From IMG/VR virus record IMGVR_UViG_3300031951_000001, positions 1 to 64,000 of that record: a stretch of DNA of 64,000 bases; one strand, written 5' to 3'. The position numbers were made by a program, and so were the translations under genes. The notes under the pieces are model-generated. The model searched no databases and was not told where the DNA came from. It worked only from the letters and a program-made list of their open reading frames with translations. Below are positions 39,107 through 49,285 of the stretch, piece by piece; position 1 is the first letter of the stretch; the number at the start of each line of letters is the position of its first letter.

Positions 39107-40325
39107 ATGAAAAAGATAATTAGACTTACCGAATCCGAACTAATCAAAGTTGTAAAACGTATTATTAACGAACAGCATTTTGATGAATTTATGACATCAT
39201 CTGAAACATCTTCAGTCTCTAATGTCGTACAAAATCTTGAAAGAGAAATGGGTGATTACAAAAATAAAATGGATGGATTTTTATCCGATTTGAAATCATC
39301 AGGTGATATTGATTGGAATAGATTCTTGAAGCAAGTTAGAAATCAAACAAGTGAAATATTTCATAAGTATGATGATGAATCTTTATCTAGGGAGGACTCA
39401 TTAAACCTCTTCAATACATTCTCCCAACTCCAATCAAACCTTCTTAATCATTATAAAGGACAATACAGAAATTCTTAATTAATATAATATTATGAAAAAG
39501 ATAATTAGACTTACAGAATCAGATTTAACAAGAATTGTTAAACGTGCTATTAACGAATCGGACCGAGCTTATGGTCATGAAGAAATAGGTAAACTATATT
39601 CTAAATTGGGAGACGATGAGGATGTTGAATTGAGTGACGAGTCTGGCGAATTGTCAGGTGGGATTGTTAAGAAGATTGACTATGTAAAGAATATGCTGAG
39701 AAAAGCCATAAAGAATGAGGATTGGGAAATGGTTAATAGAGCCATGAGTTATCTTAACATGAAATTATAAAAAATAGTTTTTTCATTATATTTATAATAA
39801 AACAATTATAATGGGAAAAAAAATTCGATTGACCGAATCTGAGTTAACCAAATTAATAAAGAAAATGATTTCGGAAGACTTGGAAATGATGGACGTTTCC
39901 TCAGATTCTGATTATTATAAAGCAAGAAAACGAGAAGTATCCATACCCAAAGACGATTTGGCGTTACTAGGTCATATGGCCACAAGGTATTGTGAAAGAA
40001 AAGAAAATCTACCAGATTGTCAAAGAGTTCAGGATTTGTATTCCCGTTATCAATTATTTATGTAAAATTAAAGAAAATGAAAAAACCTATTAGATTAACC
40101 GAATCCGACCTTAATAGAATTGTTAAAAAAACAATTATGGAAATGGGAGGTATGACCAATTCAATTGAGATGTATGACTTCAATAAAAGAAAAATGATAA
40201 ATGGATTACATCAATTGAAATCCTCCATAGATAGTGGAGATAATGAAACTGCATCACATATTGTACAAGTTTTACTTTTAACATTAAACGAACTTGATTC
40301 TTATGTTGATGAAATGAAAAGATAA
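39107..40325 (+). CDS. Four RLTE(S)(D/E)L leader proteins (39107..39478, 39492..39770, 39811..40065, 40077..40325)
   Basis: Shared N-terminal 20 aa, unrelated C-termini. Confidence 0.75.
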
Positions 40326-40329
40326 CATT

Positions 40330-41223
40330 ATGAAAAATTTATATTTTTTAGACAACTCAGAAAGAGAAAGAATTCTCAATCTACATGAATCGGCAACCAA
40401 GAATCAATATTTGATTAACGAACAATCGGCAGATAAAGATATTGCCGGTAGAATATATAAAGCATCGTATGGACCTGGTACAGGTAGTGATTTTTTAACC
40501 GCAATACAAGCAATATCTAGTTTACAACAATTGAAAAATGTTGATGCTCTTTTGAAGAGTGGTTATGGTCAACTTGGTCTACAAGGTCAAATTAACGATG
40601 AATTTAACCCACAAGAAGCAACCGATAGAGCAAGCTTAAAGGCGTTTCAGAGTCACTTGGCTAAACTTGGTGCTACGATGACATTCGACCAAAATAGAAA
40701 CGAAAGTGTTGTTATTAATTACCAATCAACCGTTCAAGCTCAACCTGAGACACAAAAAACAGAAGAGCAACAAGTGGCTGATTGGTCACAAAAATTCCCA
40801 TGTGTTGTAAACTATCCCGGAGCCCAAAAAATTGCCAATCCCCGTACCGATACTAATGTTTCAGGCACTGTTGCTTATAAAATAGGTGAATTTACTTATT
40901 TTATTGATGGTAACCAATATGGTAAAGGAAGTTATAGTACCTACACATGTGATGATGCATTTTTCAAAAATTCGTCAAGAGTACAAGCCAATCCAGAACA
41001 AAAGGGAGGTAAGACAAGTGGTGCTCCACAACCTTACAAACATGCTCAACATGTAACAAATGTTCAGAACAAATTAAAGGAGATTGACCCGGCCTTCGCT
41101 GGTGGAGTTACAAAAACAGGTCAAATGGACCAAGCTACTATAAACAAGCTCATGGAAATACTTATGTCAAAAAAGATGCCTGAGACTAAAGTTGAGACAC
41201 CGGCTCCTGAAGCTGAAGGTTAA
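40330..41223 (+). CDS. Leader-bearing protein with possible C-terminal peptidoglycan-binding-like helices
   Basis: MKNLYFLDNSERERILNLHE leader; VQNKL..TGQMDQATI. Confidence 0.55.
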   Translation: MKNLYFLDNSERERILNLHESATKNQYLINEQSADKDIAGRIYKASYGPGTGSDFLTAIQAISSLQQLKNVDALLKSGYGQLGLQGQINDEFNPQEATDRASLKAFQSHLAKLGATMTFDQNRNESVVINYQSTVQAQPETQKTEEQQVADWSQKFPCVVNYPGAQKIANPRTDTNVSGTVAYKIGEFTYFIDGNQYGKGSYSTYTCDDAFFKNSSRVQANPEQKGGKTSGAPQPYKHAQHVTNVQNKLKEIDPAFAGGVTKTGQMDQATINKLMEILMSKKMPETKVETPAPEAEG

Positions 41224-41237
41224 AAAAGATACCAATT

Positions 41238-42449
41238 ATGAAATTTATAATTACCGAAGAGGAAAAAAAATATATTAAGGGACTCTATGGGTTGATAACT
41301 GAACAGACCAATGTTTCTAATGTTGTCATACCCGACAATATTTTGGAATATTCATATGACGAATGGGTAAAATGGTATAATGAAAATATAAAACCATTCA
41401 ACTCTACAACTCTAAGGAAAATAGTAAAAAATCGTATACCCGATAACCCTGATTTATTATTATCAGATGGTATAAGAAGCATCACTAAAACTCCGGATGA
41501 TAGAAGTAAATTCAATGGATTATTGAAAAAGTTTAACACTCCTCTATCTTCAAGTGCGACTATTTCAGAAAGAGATTCATTAATTTCAGCCTTCGAGCTA
41601 GCTCAAAATCTTGTTAATGAAGTTTATGAAAAATGGAATGATAGTTTGAAAAAAAATATGGTATTAACCATAACAGAAACAACAGAAACCGTTCCTGGCG
41701 AATCTATCGGTGGTACGGTAGAATTCCCAATTGAATGGAATCCTGATACCAATATTCAGTTATATGTTAATAATGAGTGGGAGTTGTCTCCAGAAGCCAT
41801 TGAATCTTATAATCAAAATATTCTAAGTAAAGTAAATATTGCGAAAGAACAATTCCCAAATGCGATAATATCATTGAAGTCATTGGATATTCAAACTTCT
41901 GCATCAAGATATAGAAATACCGGGCGGGCATCCGATTTAACTTTTCAAGAGCTATCAGGATATAGAAACAATTCTGCCAAAGATTATATAATTAATTCAT
42001 TAAAAGAAAATGGTGTCACCGAGACGGATACCGTAACCCCAACTCAACAATATTTAGGAAGTAATGGTGATGGTACCACAGGACCTAATCCTCCTGAGCC
42101 AAATGCTTATGTTAATGGAGGTAATGTTAAAATGAATACAACATCTACCGAACCAAGAAACCAATTTGGAGAACCTCACGCAACACCTGAAGAATATAAC
42201 CAATACAAATATTTAAAAGTGAAAATTGTTTTAGCCGCCACGATAGAGACAGAGGAAACCACACAGTCACCTGTTGAAGTTTTCAATTACTCATTGGATA
42301 TTGACGGTAAAATTATACCACCACCAACTCCGGTTAAAAGACCAAAACCAAAAGGTAAGTCATCCTCATTTAATTTCAGGGATAAATTAGCAGGATTTTT
42401 GAGTATAAATCCTAAATTATGTGCCGCTTATCAATCAGGAGGAAACTAA
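41238..42449 (+). CDS. Leader-bearing protein with possible OmpA-like region
   Basis: MKFIITEEEK..LITE leader; IQTSAS..LSGYRNNSAKDYI pattern. Confidence 0.45.
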   Translation: MKFIITEEEKKYIKGLYGLITEQTNVSNVVIPDNILEYSYDEWVKWYNENIKPFNSTTLRKIVKNRIPDNPDLLLSDGIRSITKTPDDRSKFNGLLKKFNTPLSSSATISERDSLISAFELAQNLVNEVYEKWNDSLKKNMVLTITETTETVPGESIGGTVEFPIEWNPDTNIQLYVNNEWELSPEAIESYNQNILSKVNIAKEQFPNAIISLKSLDIQTSASRYRNTGRASDLTFQELSGYRNNSAKDYIINSLKENGVTETDTVTPTQQYLGSNGDGTTGPNPPEPNAYVNGGNVKMNTTSTEPRNQFGEPHATPEEYNQYKYLKVKIVLAATIETEETTQSPVEVFNYSLDIDGKIIPPPTPVKRPKPKGKSSSFNFRDKLAGFLSINPKLCAAYQSGGN

Positions 42450-43028
42450 TACAAAACAAGCGACCATTTCGTTTTCTTTATTGTATGAGATGCCCACTGC
42501 AAAAGTTTGACCATCACTCAATAATGTGTCATTATGACCAGGACTTAATATCCAGCATTTTAACACTACCAAACTCAAACAGTCATAATAATTCATTCCT
42601 TCTTCATAAACAATAAGGACGGGATAAATCATGTGACCCATCATTAGGTTTTCACGAACGTCAACATAATTAACACCATACAAATCGCATCTCTCATCAA
42701 CGTCTTCTTTTGAAGATGTAGGTTGTTTGTGGTCCAAGTAACCATTCTTCAAACAGTAAGAAGATTGTTCAGTTGCAACCTTTACGATTGATTTATCGTA
42801 TGAAACAAATTCTAAACCTTTTGATTTACGGTATTTATTGTAATTTTTTTCAAAATACACATTGAATGAATCAATCGAGAACGTCTTTACGTTCGGTTTA
42901 ATAACCAACATAGTTTTTTCTAATTCGTCAACTGTCATTACTTTATTGCCCAAAGTTTTTTCTGTGGATTGACAGTATGAAAAAATGTTCAGGGACAAAA
43001 AAAGTGAGGTAATTAATAGTGGTTTCAT
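42435..43028 (-). CDS. Secreted CAP/SCP-domain protein
   Basis: Signal peptide ending YC|Q; NKYRKSKGL..LDH..ENL..WILSPGHND. Confidence 0.8.
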   Translation of the reverse strand: MKPLLITSLFLSLNIFSYCQSTEKTLGNKVMTVDELEKTMLVIKPNVKTFSIDSFNVYFEKNYNKYRKSKGLEFVSYDKSIVKVATEQSSYCLKNGYLDHKQPTSSKEDVDERCDLYGVNYVDVRENLMMGHMIYPVLIVYEEGMNYYDCLSLVVLKCWILSPGHNDTLLSDGQTFAVGISYNKENEMVACFVLVSS

Positions 43029-43405
43029 TTTGTTATATGATATTCTAAAGTATCTAAAATTTGTACAACACCTACAGTATTATAATCCCAAAATTCACTC
43101 CCAACAGGAATGGTTTGTTCGTATGTTAAATTATTACGCAAATCTAATACCAAAAAACGATTTTTGGGTAAGGTGTCGATAAAAATACTATCTACGATAA
43201 TAAATTCTACATCAACATTTGTGTTCTCAAGAAGTTTTACATCATCTTCAGTTACTTCTGACAAACTTTGTTCAAATGAATTATCAATAATACGTTCGTA
43301 TTTTTTTTTACTAATACGAGAACCGTCAGACAACTGAACATTCTTTCTTGTTACACAAGATGATGTTAGTAGAATTACTATGATATATGTGAATATATTT
43401 TTCAT
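43025..43405 (-). CDS. Lipoprotein
   Basis: Lipobox LTSS|C. Confidence 0.65.
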   Translation of the reverse strand: MKNIFTYIIVILLTSSCVTRKNVQLSDGSRISKKKYERIIDNSFEQSLSEVTEDDVKLLENTNVDVEFIIVDSIFIDTLPKNRFLVLDLRNNLTYEQTIPVGSEFWDYNTVGVVQILDTLEYHITK

Positions 43406-43477
43406 TATTTCCTACAAATATACTAAATTTTTTCATATCCAATTTTTTTTCTTAAAATTTTTTCCTATAATTAATTT

Positions 43478-44732
43478 ATGAATATAAATTTTGAAACCCC
43501 CCAACTAATGTTTAAACTCACCAAGTATTTTGGTGAAATGGAAGATGGACGAACATTTGCTATAGTTGTTCGTTCAGGAGATGATTATGATTCAGTGGAA
43601 GATATTGAAACTGATGACGATGAATTCACACAAGAAGAGCTTGATGCTATTGAAAAAAGTTTTTATGATTCTTTATAATTTATAACTATGAAAAAAGAAA
43701 AAGCAAAAATGGCCGCGCCAAAGAAAGAAAAAAAGAAAAAGGTTGCCGAAAAAACAATTGTAACCGCTCCGAAAACAATTTCAGTTAAAATGGTAGAGTA
43801 TTATAATACCATGGTTGTACACGAACCAATTGAAATCAATGTTGAGGATTATCCCGAACTAAACGGGATGTCAGAGGAACAAATTAAGGATTACATTAAA
43901 GAGAATTGGTCTGACATGAAATCAACGAATGAGGAATGGTACGAATCCCTTTATGACGAATGTAGTCAATCCGACGTAATGAGAGAAAAGATTACAGGTG
44001 AAGAACAAGAATGTTACTTCGATTAATTGAATTATAGTACTATTTATAAGTAATAAACCATTAACAAAAAAATAGTACTATGAAAAACGGTGGTGGTTGT
44101 GGTTGTGGAAAATAATTTCCCAAACACGTTAAACAGAACAAAGGGAAGAGTAATCTTCCCTTTTTTTTCATATAAACTATAATTATTTTTATGACAAACG
44201 AACAAAAAGCACAACAATACGGAGAGTTATTGAACGAACACACAAGATTGGGTAATCAGATTAACGAAATTAAAGGACAAAGTATTGATTTGAATCAAAA
44301 TCAGTTGAGTCAAATCGGAAGACTGGAAACCCAACAAATTCGAATTATGAATTACATTAATAGACTGCTCTCACAGTAATCATCTATTGTATATTTATAT
44401 ACATGAAGATTGTATTAACAGAATCTCAAATGGAAAAGTTGATTGATGAGCAATTGACTAAACCTAAAGAGACCGAGGATTTTTCAGAGTATATCAGAAA
44501 ATTTAACACGATTAAACTTAATAATAAGACATTTACTCCTGACGATTTTTTATCGAAGTTAAATAATTCACCAATCCAACTTAATTTATTCCATATTCAA
44601 ACAGATGGGTATAATATCGGAACGGGAGCTTTATCTGCTAAAGGTAAAATTGGTAATCTCAATTTGATATTGAGTGTGAAACCGGTAGGAGATTTCAAAA
44701 CAGGTTTGGTTACAATAACAAAAACGATATAA
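43478..44732 (+). CDS. Four hypothetical proteins (43478..43678, 43688..44026, 44191..44379, 44403..44732)
   Basis: Co-oriented ORFs; the last has an MKIVLTESQM..LIDE leader. Confidence 0.6.
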
Positions 44733-44760
44733 ACCTTATATTTATTATAAAACAAAAGAT

Positions 44761-45174
44761 ATGAAACATTTATTGAATGACTTATCCGAAGAGGAAAAAA
44801 ATAGAATTCGTGAGCAACACACTGGCGGTAAGAAACTTGTAATCGAAAATTTCGATAAACTTGTTAATACCAAACTTGGTGATGTTAAACCATTGTTGCG
44901 GGAACAAACTGAGGAAGCAAATATTACAAAATCTATTCAGTGTTTTTTAAATAAAAGAATGAATGCGGGTTTAGTAGTTGATGGTTTAGCCGGTGATAAT
45001 ACAAGTAAAGCCGTTGAAAAATACCAAAGTAACATTGGAGTTTTTCCTACTGATGGGATATTGGGCCCCGATACAAAAGATAAAATGCCACAATCTGACG
45101 TTAAAATATTAGAGGAATGTATAAATGAACATTCGGATATTATTGATAAAGTATTAAGGTGGTTTGGATTTTAA
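44761..45174 (+). CDS. Leader-bearing peptidoglycan-binding (PGBD-like) protein
   Basis: MKHLLNDLSEEEKNRIREQH..LLRE leader; IQCFLN..VDGLAGDNTSKAVEKYQ..DGILGPDT. Confidence 0.75.
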   Translation: MKHLLNDLSEEEKNRIREQHTGGKKLVIENFDKLVNTKLGDVKPLLREQTEEANITKSIQCFLNKRMNAGLVVDGLAGDNTSKAVEKYQSNIGVFPTDGILGPDTKDKMPQSDVKILEECINEHSDIIDKVLRWFGF

Positions 45175-45204
45175 AACTATAAAAGGGGTCTTATGACCCC
45201 TTTT

Positions 45205-45405
45205 TTAATGACGGTTACACGGAGCTTTGAAATGAACCAAGTCGTTTCCTTTATTCATTTTCTGAACTTTCTTTGAATGCTTTTGTCCTCGTTTTGCATG
45301 TGCCGAATAATTGTAACCACGTTGAGGTGATGAACAAGAACCGAGAAACAGGATTGACAAAATGATTGTTGCGAACAGAACAAATGCTTTGAATGGGTTT
45401 TTCAT
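45205..45405 (-). CDS. Small basic lipoprotein
   Basis: Lipobox LGS|C. Confidence 0.6.
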   Translation of the reverse strand: MKNPFKAFVLFATIILSILFLGSCSSPQRGYNYSAHAKRGQKHSKKVQKMNKGNDLVHFKAPCNRH

Positions 45406-45482
45406 AATTGTATGGGTTTAAAATTGTGGTACAAATATACTTCACTTTTTTAAATCTACAAATATTTTTTATAAAAAAACTT

Positions 45483-46154
45483 ATGAACATAGTACATAGT
45501 CCAGGAGGACCGGTGGTTAAAGAACTTGATGATTTTTTGAGGAGTGATAGATGTCCTGTCTCCGAATACCCAATACAAGTAAGACATTCTCATGGGGATG
45601 AAAAACACATAACTTTTATGATTGAACAATTAACCGAAGATATTGTGAAAGACCCTATGGTATTAGGCCCACTACATAGGGATGCGGTCCATGAAGTTTG
45701 GACATTTAGCGAATACAACATTCATCTAATGAATCAAGCGGGGATTACTAAAGCGAGATTGATTAAATTAGAACCTACCGATGAGTATAGGGCGGAAATT
45801 CTTTCATACAATCCTGACAACACTTATGACTATGATGTATCTTTCTTTGGTTGGATGAGTGAAAGAAGATACAATATGATGTACCAATTACAAAGTAGAG
45901 GATTGAGGGTTATGTATGGACAGGATGGTTGGGGTGAGCATAGAGACAGAATTATTGCTAAAAGCAAAGTTATGGTTAACGTACATTATGCGGAAGATTT
46001 TAAATGTTTTGAACAAATCAGATGTTTTCCTTGGATGTGTACCGGTAAAATAGTTGTGAGTGAAACTAGTTATGATACGGACGAAAGAGTAATATTCGCC
46101 GATTATGACAAATTAGCCGATACTGTTGCCGAAGTAATTAGAACAAGATTTTAA
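45483..46154 (+). CDS. GT-B glycosyltransferase-like protein
   Basis: DVSFFG..ERR..IIAKSKVMVNVH..FEQIR..KIVVSE; start ATG 45483. Confidence 0.7.
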   Translation: MNIVHSPGGPVVKELDDFLRSDRCPVSEYPIQVRHSHGDEKHITFMIEQLTEDIVKDPMVLGPLHRDAVHEVWTFSEYNIHLMNQAGITKARLIKLEPTDEYRAEILSYNPDNTYDYDVSFFGWMSERRYNMMYQLQSRGLRVMYGQDGWGEHRDRIIAKSKVMVNVHYAEDFKCFEQIRCFPWMCTGKIVVSETSYDTDERVIFADYDKLADTVAEVIRTRF

Positions 46155-46184
46155 AAAAAACAATATTTATTATAAAATAATATT

Positions 46185-46604
46185 GTGATTAACTTAAATG
46201 AAGAAGTAAGAAAGTTTGGATACCTTTCATTGTATAAAAGAGGTGTGGTTATTTCCGAACAAACAACAGGCACAACTAGTACTAGCGGTGTAACTTCAGG
46301 TTTAACTACAGTAGAAACTACCTTACTCGGTTTTCTAAATGACGTTGTTCAAAAAAGTTTAACCCAAGACCCATCAAATGTTTCTTTCAGTGGATTAACC
46401 GATGATGTCGAGAAAAGAAAACAAATGACTGATTTGAGTAATCAATTAATACAAAAAAGAGATACTGGTTCGGTAGATGTAAATCAAAGTAATTTTCAAT
46501 TATATCTCAATACGATGAACAGTATGTTTCCTAATACGGAAGACAAACTCCCATTTTATCAATTGGGGTTAGGTGTTAAAAAGATGGAACAGAAAACCAT
46601 TTAG
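46185..46604 (+). CDS. Leader-bearing protein
   Basis: (M)INLNEE..VISEQ; TATTTAT upstream. Confidence 0.6.
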   Translation: MINLNEEVRKFGYLSLYKRGVVISEQTTGTTSTSGVTSGLTTVETTLLGFLNDVVQKSLTQDPSNVSFSGLTDDVEKRKQMTDLSNQLIQKRDTGSVDVNQSNFQLYLNTMNSMFPNTEDKLPFYQLGLGVKKMEQKTI

Positions 46605-47058
46605 GTACTAATCCATGTTTCCATACCGCGAAACTTGATTTCGCACCACGGTAATAATTCCTATATGACTCCACAACATCGGATACTTTATATTCATCAG
46701 GCATTGCCTTTGGTGGTTCAGTAAATCCAACATCATTAATTGTTGGTTTATTTGACAAACACCACTCAATAACATCCTGTGATTTATGACGTTTTTCGTA
46801 ACGACTGGTGTATTCTTTACAAAGGGCGAGTCCAAGTTCGCAAAGATAAAGATAGTTCGATAATGAGGACCTGGTCCATATAGAACAGGGGTGATTCTTG
46901 TGGGATAACTTATACGGTACTTGGTCGGTCGGTTGGTCGGTCATGTAATGTGCCGAACAAAGTAGTTGAGCCGTCTCAAGAATCATTTTGACCACATGTT
47001 TATCACAATGGTCTTTAGCACATTTTTCTACATCCCAATCTAAAAAGAAAATATTCAT
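46576..47058 (-). CDS. Pyrimidine-dimer DNA glycosylase / endonuclease V-like family
   Basis: MNIFFLD..DKHVVKMILETAQLL..HKNHPCSIW..EYTSRYEKRHKS. Confidence 0.8.
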   Translation of the reverse strand: MNIFFLDWDVEKCAKDHCDKHVVKMILETAQLLCSAHYMTDQPTDQVPYKLSHKNHPCSIWTRSSLSNYLYLCELGLALCKEYTSRYEKRHKSQDVIEWCLSNKPTINDVGFTEPPKAMPDEYKVSDVVESYRNYYRGAKSSFAVWKHGLVPKWFSVPSF

Positions 47059-47089
47059 AGTACAAAGATATTTATAAAAAAACAAAGAT

Positions 47090-48110
47090 ATGAAAAAGTC
47101 ATTAGTTATGTTATCACTATTCTCATTTTTATTTGCTGGTTGTACATTGACCATTGGAGATGGATGTAAATGTGGTGAGAATGGATGTAGTAAGCCTGCG
47201 CAAATTCAAATAATTGAAAAAGAACCTCAAGTTGAGGAAACAACAGATTTTCCATCTGACGAATTCCATGTAGTTGAGGACACCACAGAAAATTTCTAAA
47301 AAATGGTTTTTACAATAACTGAAAAGAAAAAACAGGCTTTATTGTCGGTCCTACAATCATTCTTCGATGGTAAGCTAGAAGAATATAGGGATTTGGATGA
47401 TGCCGGTGAATTGGAATATTTTACCGGAGCATTTGTAAATAACATAGATAAAATAGAGATTGCTGACATCAGAAGGTCCGAAGGTATATGGTCCGTTGAT
47501 TTGATATTCCATATGAATAGAATTTACTCATATGCTGATGAAGATTTGATTTATGATTTATCTTCAGGATTAACCGATTATATTGGTGAAAACGATATAA
47601 ACGTATCACAACAAGAAGCGGAATATGGCATCTGAATTAGAAAGACTGTCTGATAAAGTATTGTTTCAAATTATAAAACAAATCGATGAAAATTGTGAGT
47701 CTAATAGTATTTCGTTAGAATCTGAATTTGGTGATGAAATTATCACTGTTATTGACCAAACTCTCAAAATTTTTGGAATAATTGATAATCCAAAATATAT
47801 TGATGATGAATTCTTATGGACAGTATTGAAAATGAACATGAATAAATTATCTGATGATAGATTGGTGGGAAATTTAGAACGGCCAGAAATTAAGGAATAT
47901 GAATTTGATATTGATGTAAGTGAGACGGTTTATCAGACAAGTTCATGGACACATCGAATAGAATCATATGGAAATCCATATAGAATAGCGAGAGCCATGG
48001 AATATAACGGAGATTTAGATTATTGGGAGGGAAGACAAGGTTATACCGATATTAACGACTCAGAAACTAATGAGATAAGAATAGATAAAAGAAGTTTCAA
48101 AGAGATTTAA
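47090..48110 (+). CDS. Lipoprotein (47090..47299) and two hypothetical proteins (47303..47635, 47625..48110)
   Basis: Lipobox FAG|C; coupled ORFs. Confidence 0.6.
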
Positions 48111-48874
48111 TCCAACTCTCCCAAGTTATCCACATTTATTCTACCGTTCAATCTTTTTCCAAACTTTGGTTCATCTATCGCTTCGTAAAAATACGTATCG
48201 TCTTTCTCTAATGTTTGATTCATAGGCTCTACAATAGGTGTTTGGACTCTCATTAAACTTATAGTTTTATTGTTTGGGTATATTGAGTCAGGTGCCATTT
48301 CATCCCATTCATCTAACTCCATAAATTCATTCATTAACTCTGTATCATATGAGGCATAAAACCACTGACTAATCTCTCTTTTATCATAATCGTCGTAAGT
48401 TCCACTACCACCACATTCATTACAATTTACTTGTCCATCGCCTGCACAGTAATCACAATCTAAATCACCATCGCCATCACAAAGCCCGCAAGTATCATCT
48501 TCCTCATCTCGTCCACTACCACTACAATCACTACATTCTTCGCGGCCAGTACCATCACAGTAATCACAATTTTCATATCCATCACCATCACATTGAGGAC
48601 ATTGGGTCTCTGAATAATCCAAATCTATTTCAATTAATGAGTAGGCAAATAAATTATTAACTATTTCATCATACTTTTTATCTAAAACTTCGGGAGTATC
48701 TACGAGCGGTAAAAGAAAAGAAGAAATTATAATATCTTTAGCCGTCATTCCCTCTGCTAATTTATTATAAGGGAAAGTAGAATGAAAGTAGGTATAGATG
48801 TCTGTGGGTTGTATGTTGCTGAAATTAGGTTGATGTATTTTTTTTACAACCGAAATTAATTTATTTTTTTCCAT
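48107..48874 (-). CDS. DnaJ-type zinc-finger protein without J domain
   Basis: Six CxxCxGxG repeats; start ATG 48874 after TATTTAT. Confidence 0.8.
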   Translation of the reverse strand: MEKNKLISVVKKIHQPNFSNIQPTDIYTYFHSTFPYNKLAEGMTAKDIIISSFLLPLVDTPEVLDKKYDEIVNNLFAYSLIEIDLDYSETQCPQCDGDGYENCDYCDGTGREECSDCSGSGRDEEDDTCGLCDGDGDLDCDYCAGDGQVNCNECGGSGTYDDYDKREISQWFYASYDTELMNEFMELDEWDEMAPDSIYPNNKTISLMRVQTPIVEPMNQTLEKDDTYFYEAIDEPKFGKRLNGRINVDNLGELD

Positions 48875-48936
48875 ATTAATAAATAGTCTATGGGCACGCT
48901 TGTTGATATTTATACAATAATATACAAACAAAAAAA

Positions 48937-49269
48937 ATGAAAAAGATAATTACTTTGGTTTTTTTGATGATGTCCATTATGTCTTTTGGACAAAAATTTA
49001 ATGCCGAGTATAATTTGGTTATTGATTACAATGGTAAGGAAAGACTTGAAAAAAATCATTCAGGAGTTTGGACCGTATCCGACTCAACCTTGTATCAGTT
49101 TTATGATAACGACACTTTAGAATATAAAATTTCAGAAATAAAAGGTAGAAATGTTTTTCATGTAAATGATTTTGGAGAAACAGTTAAATTTTTATTTAAC
49201 GCAAATGGAGATGTTGTAAGAACTAATATGACAAGACCAAATCAATATCTTATTTACAGAAAAAGATAA
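48937..49269 (+). CDS. Secreted protein
   Basis: MKKIITLVFLMMSIMSFG|Q. Confidence 0.7.
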   Translation: MKKIITLVFLMMSIMSFGQKFNAEYNLVIDYNGKERLEKNHSGVWTVSDSTLYQFYDNDTLEYKISEIKGRNVFHVNDFGETVKFLFNANGDVVRTNMTRPNQYLIYRKR

Positions 49270-49285
49270 TTTTGTATTTATTAGT

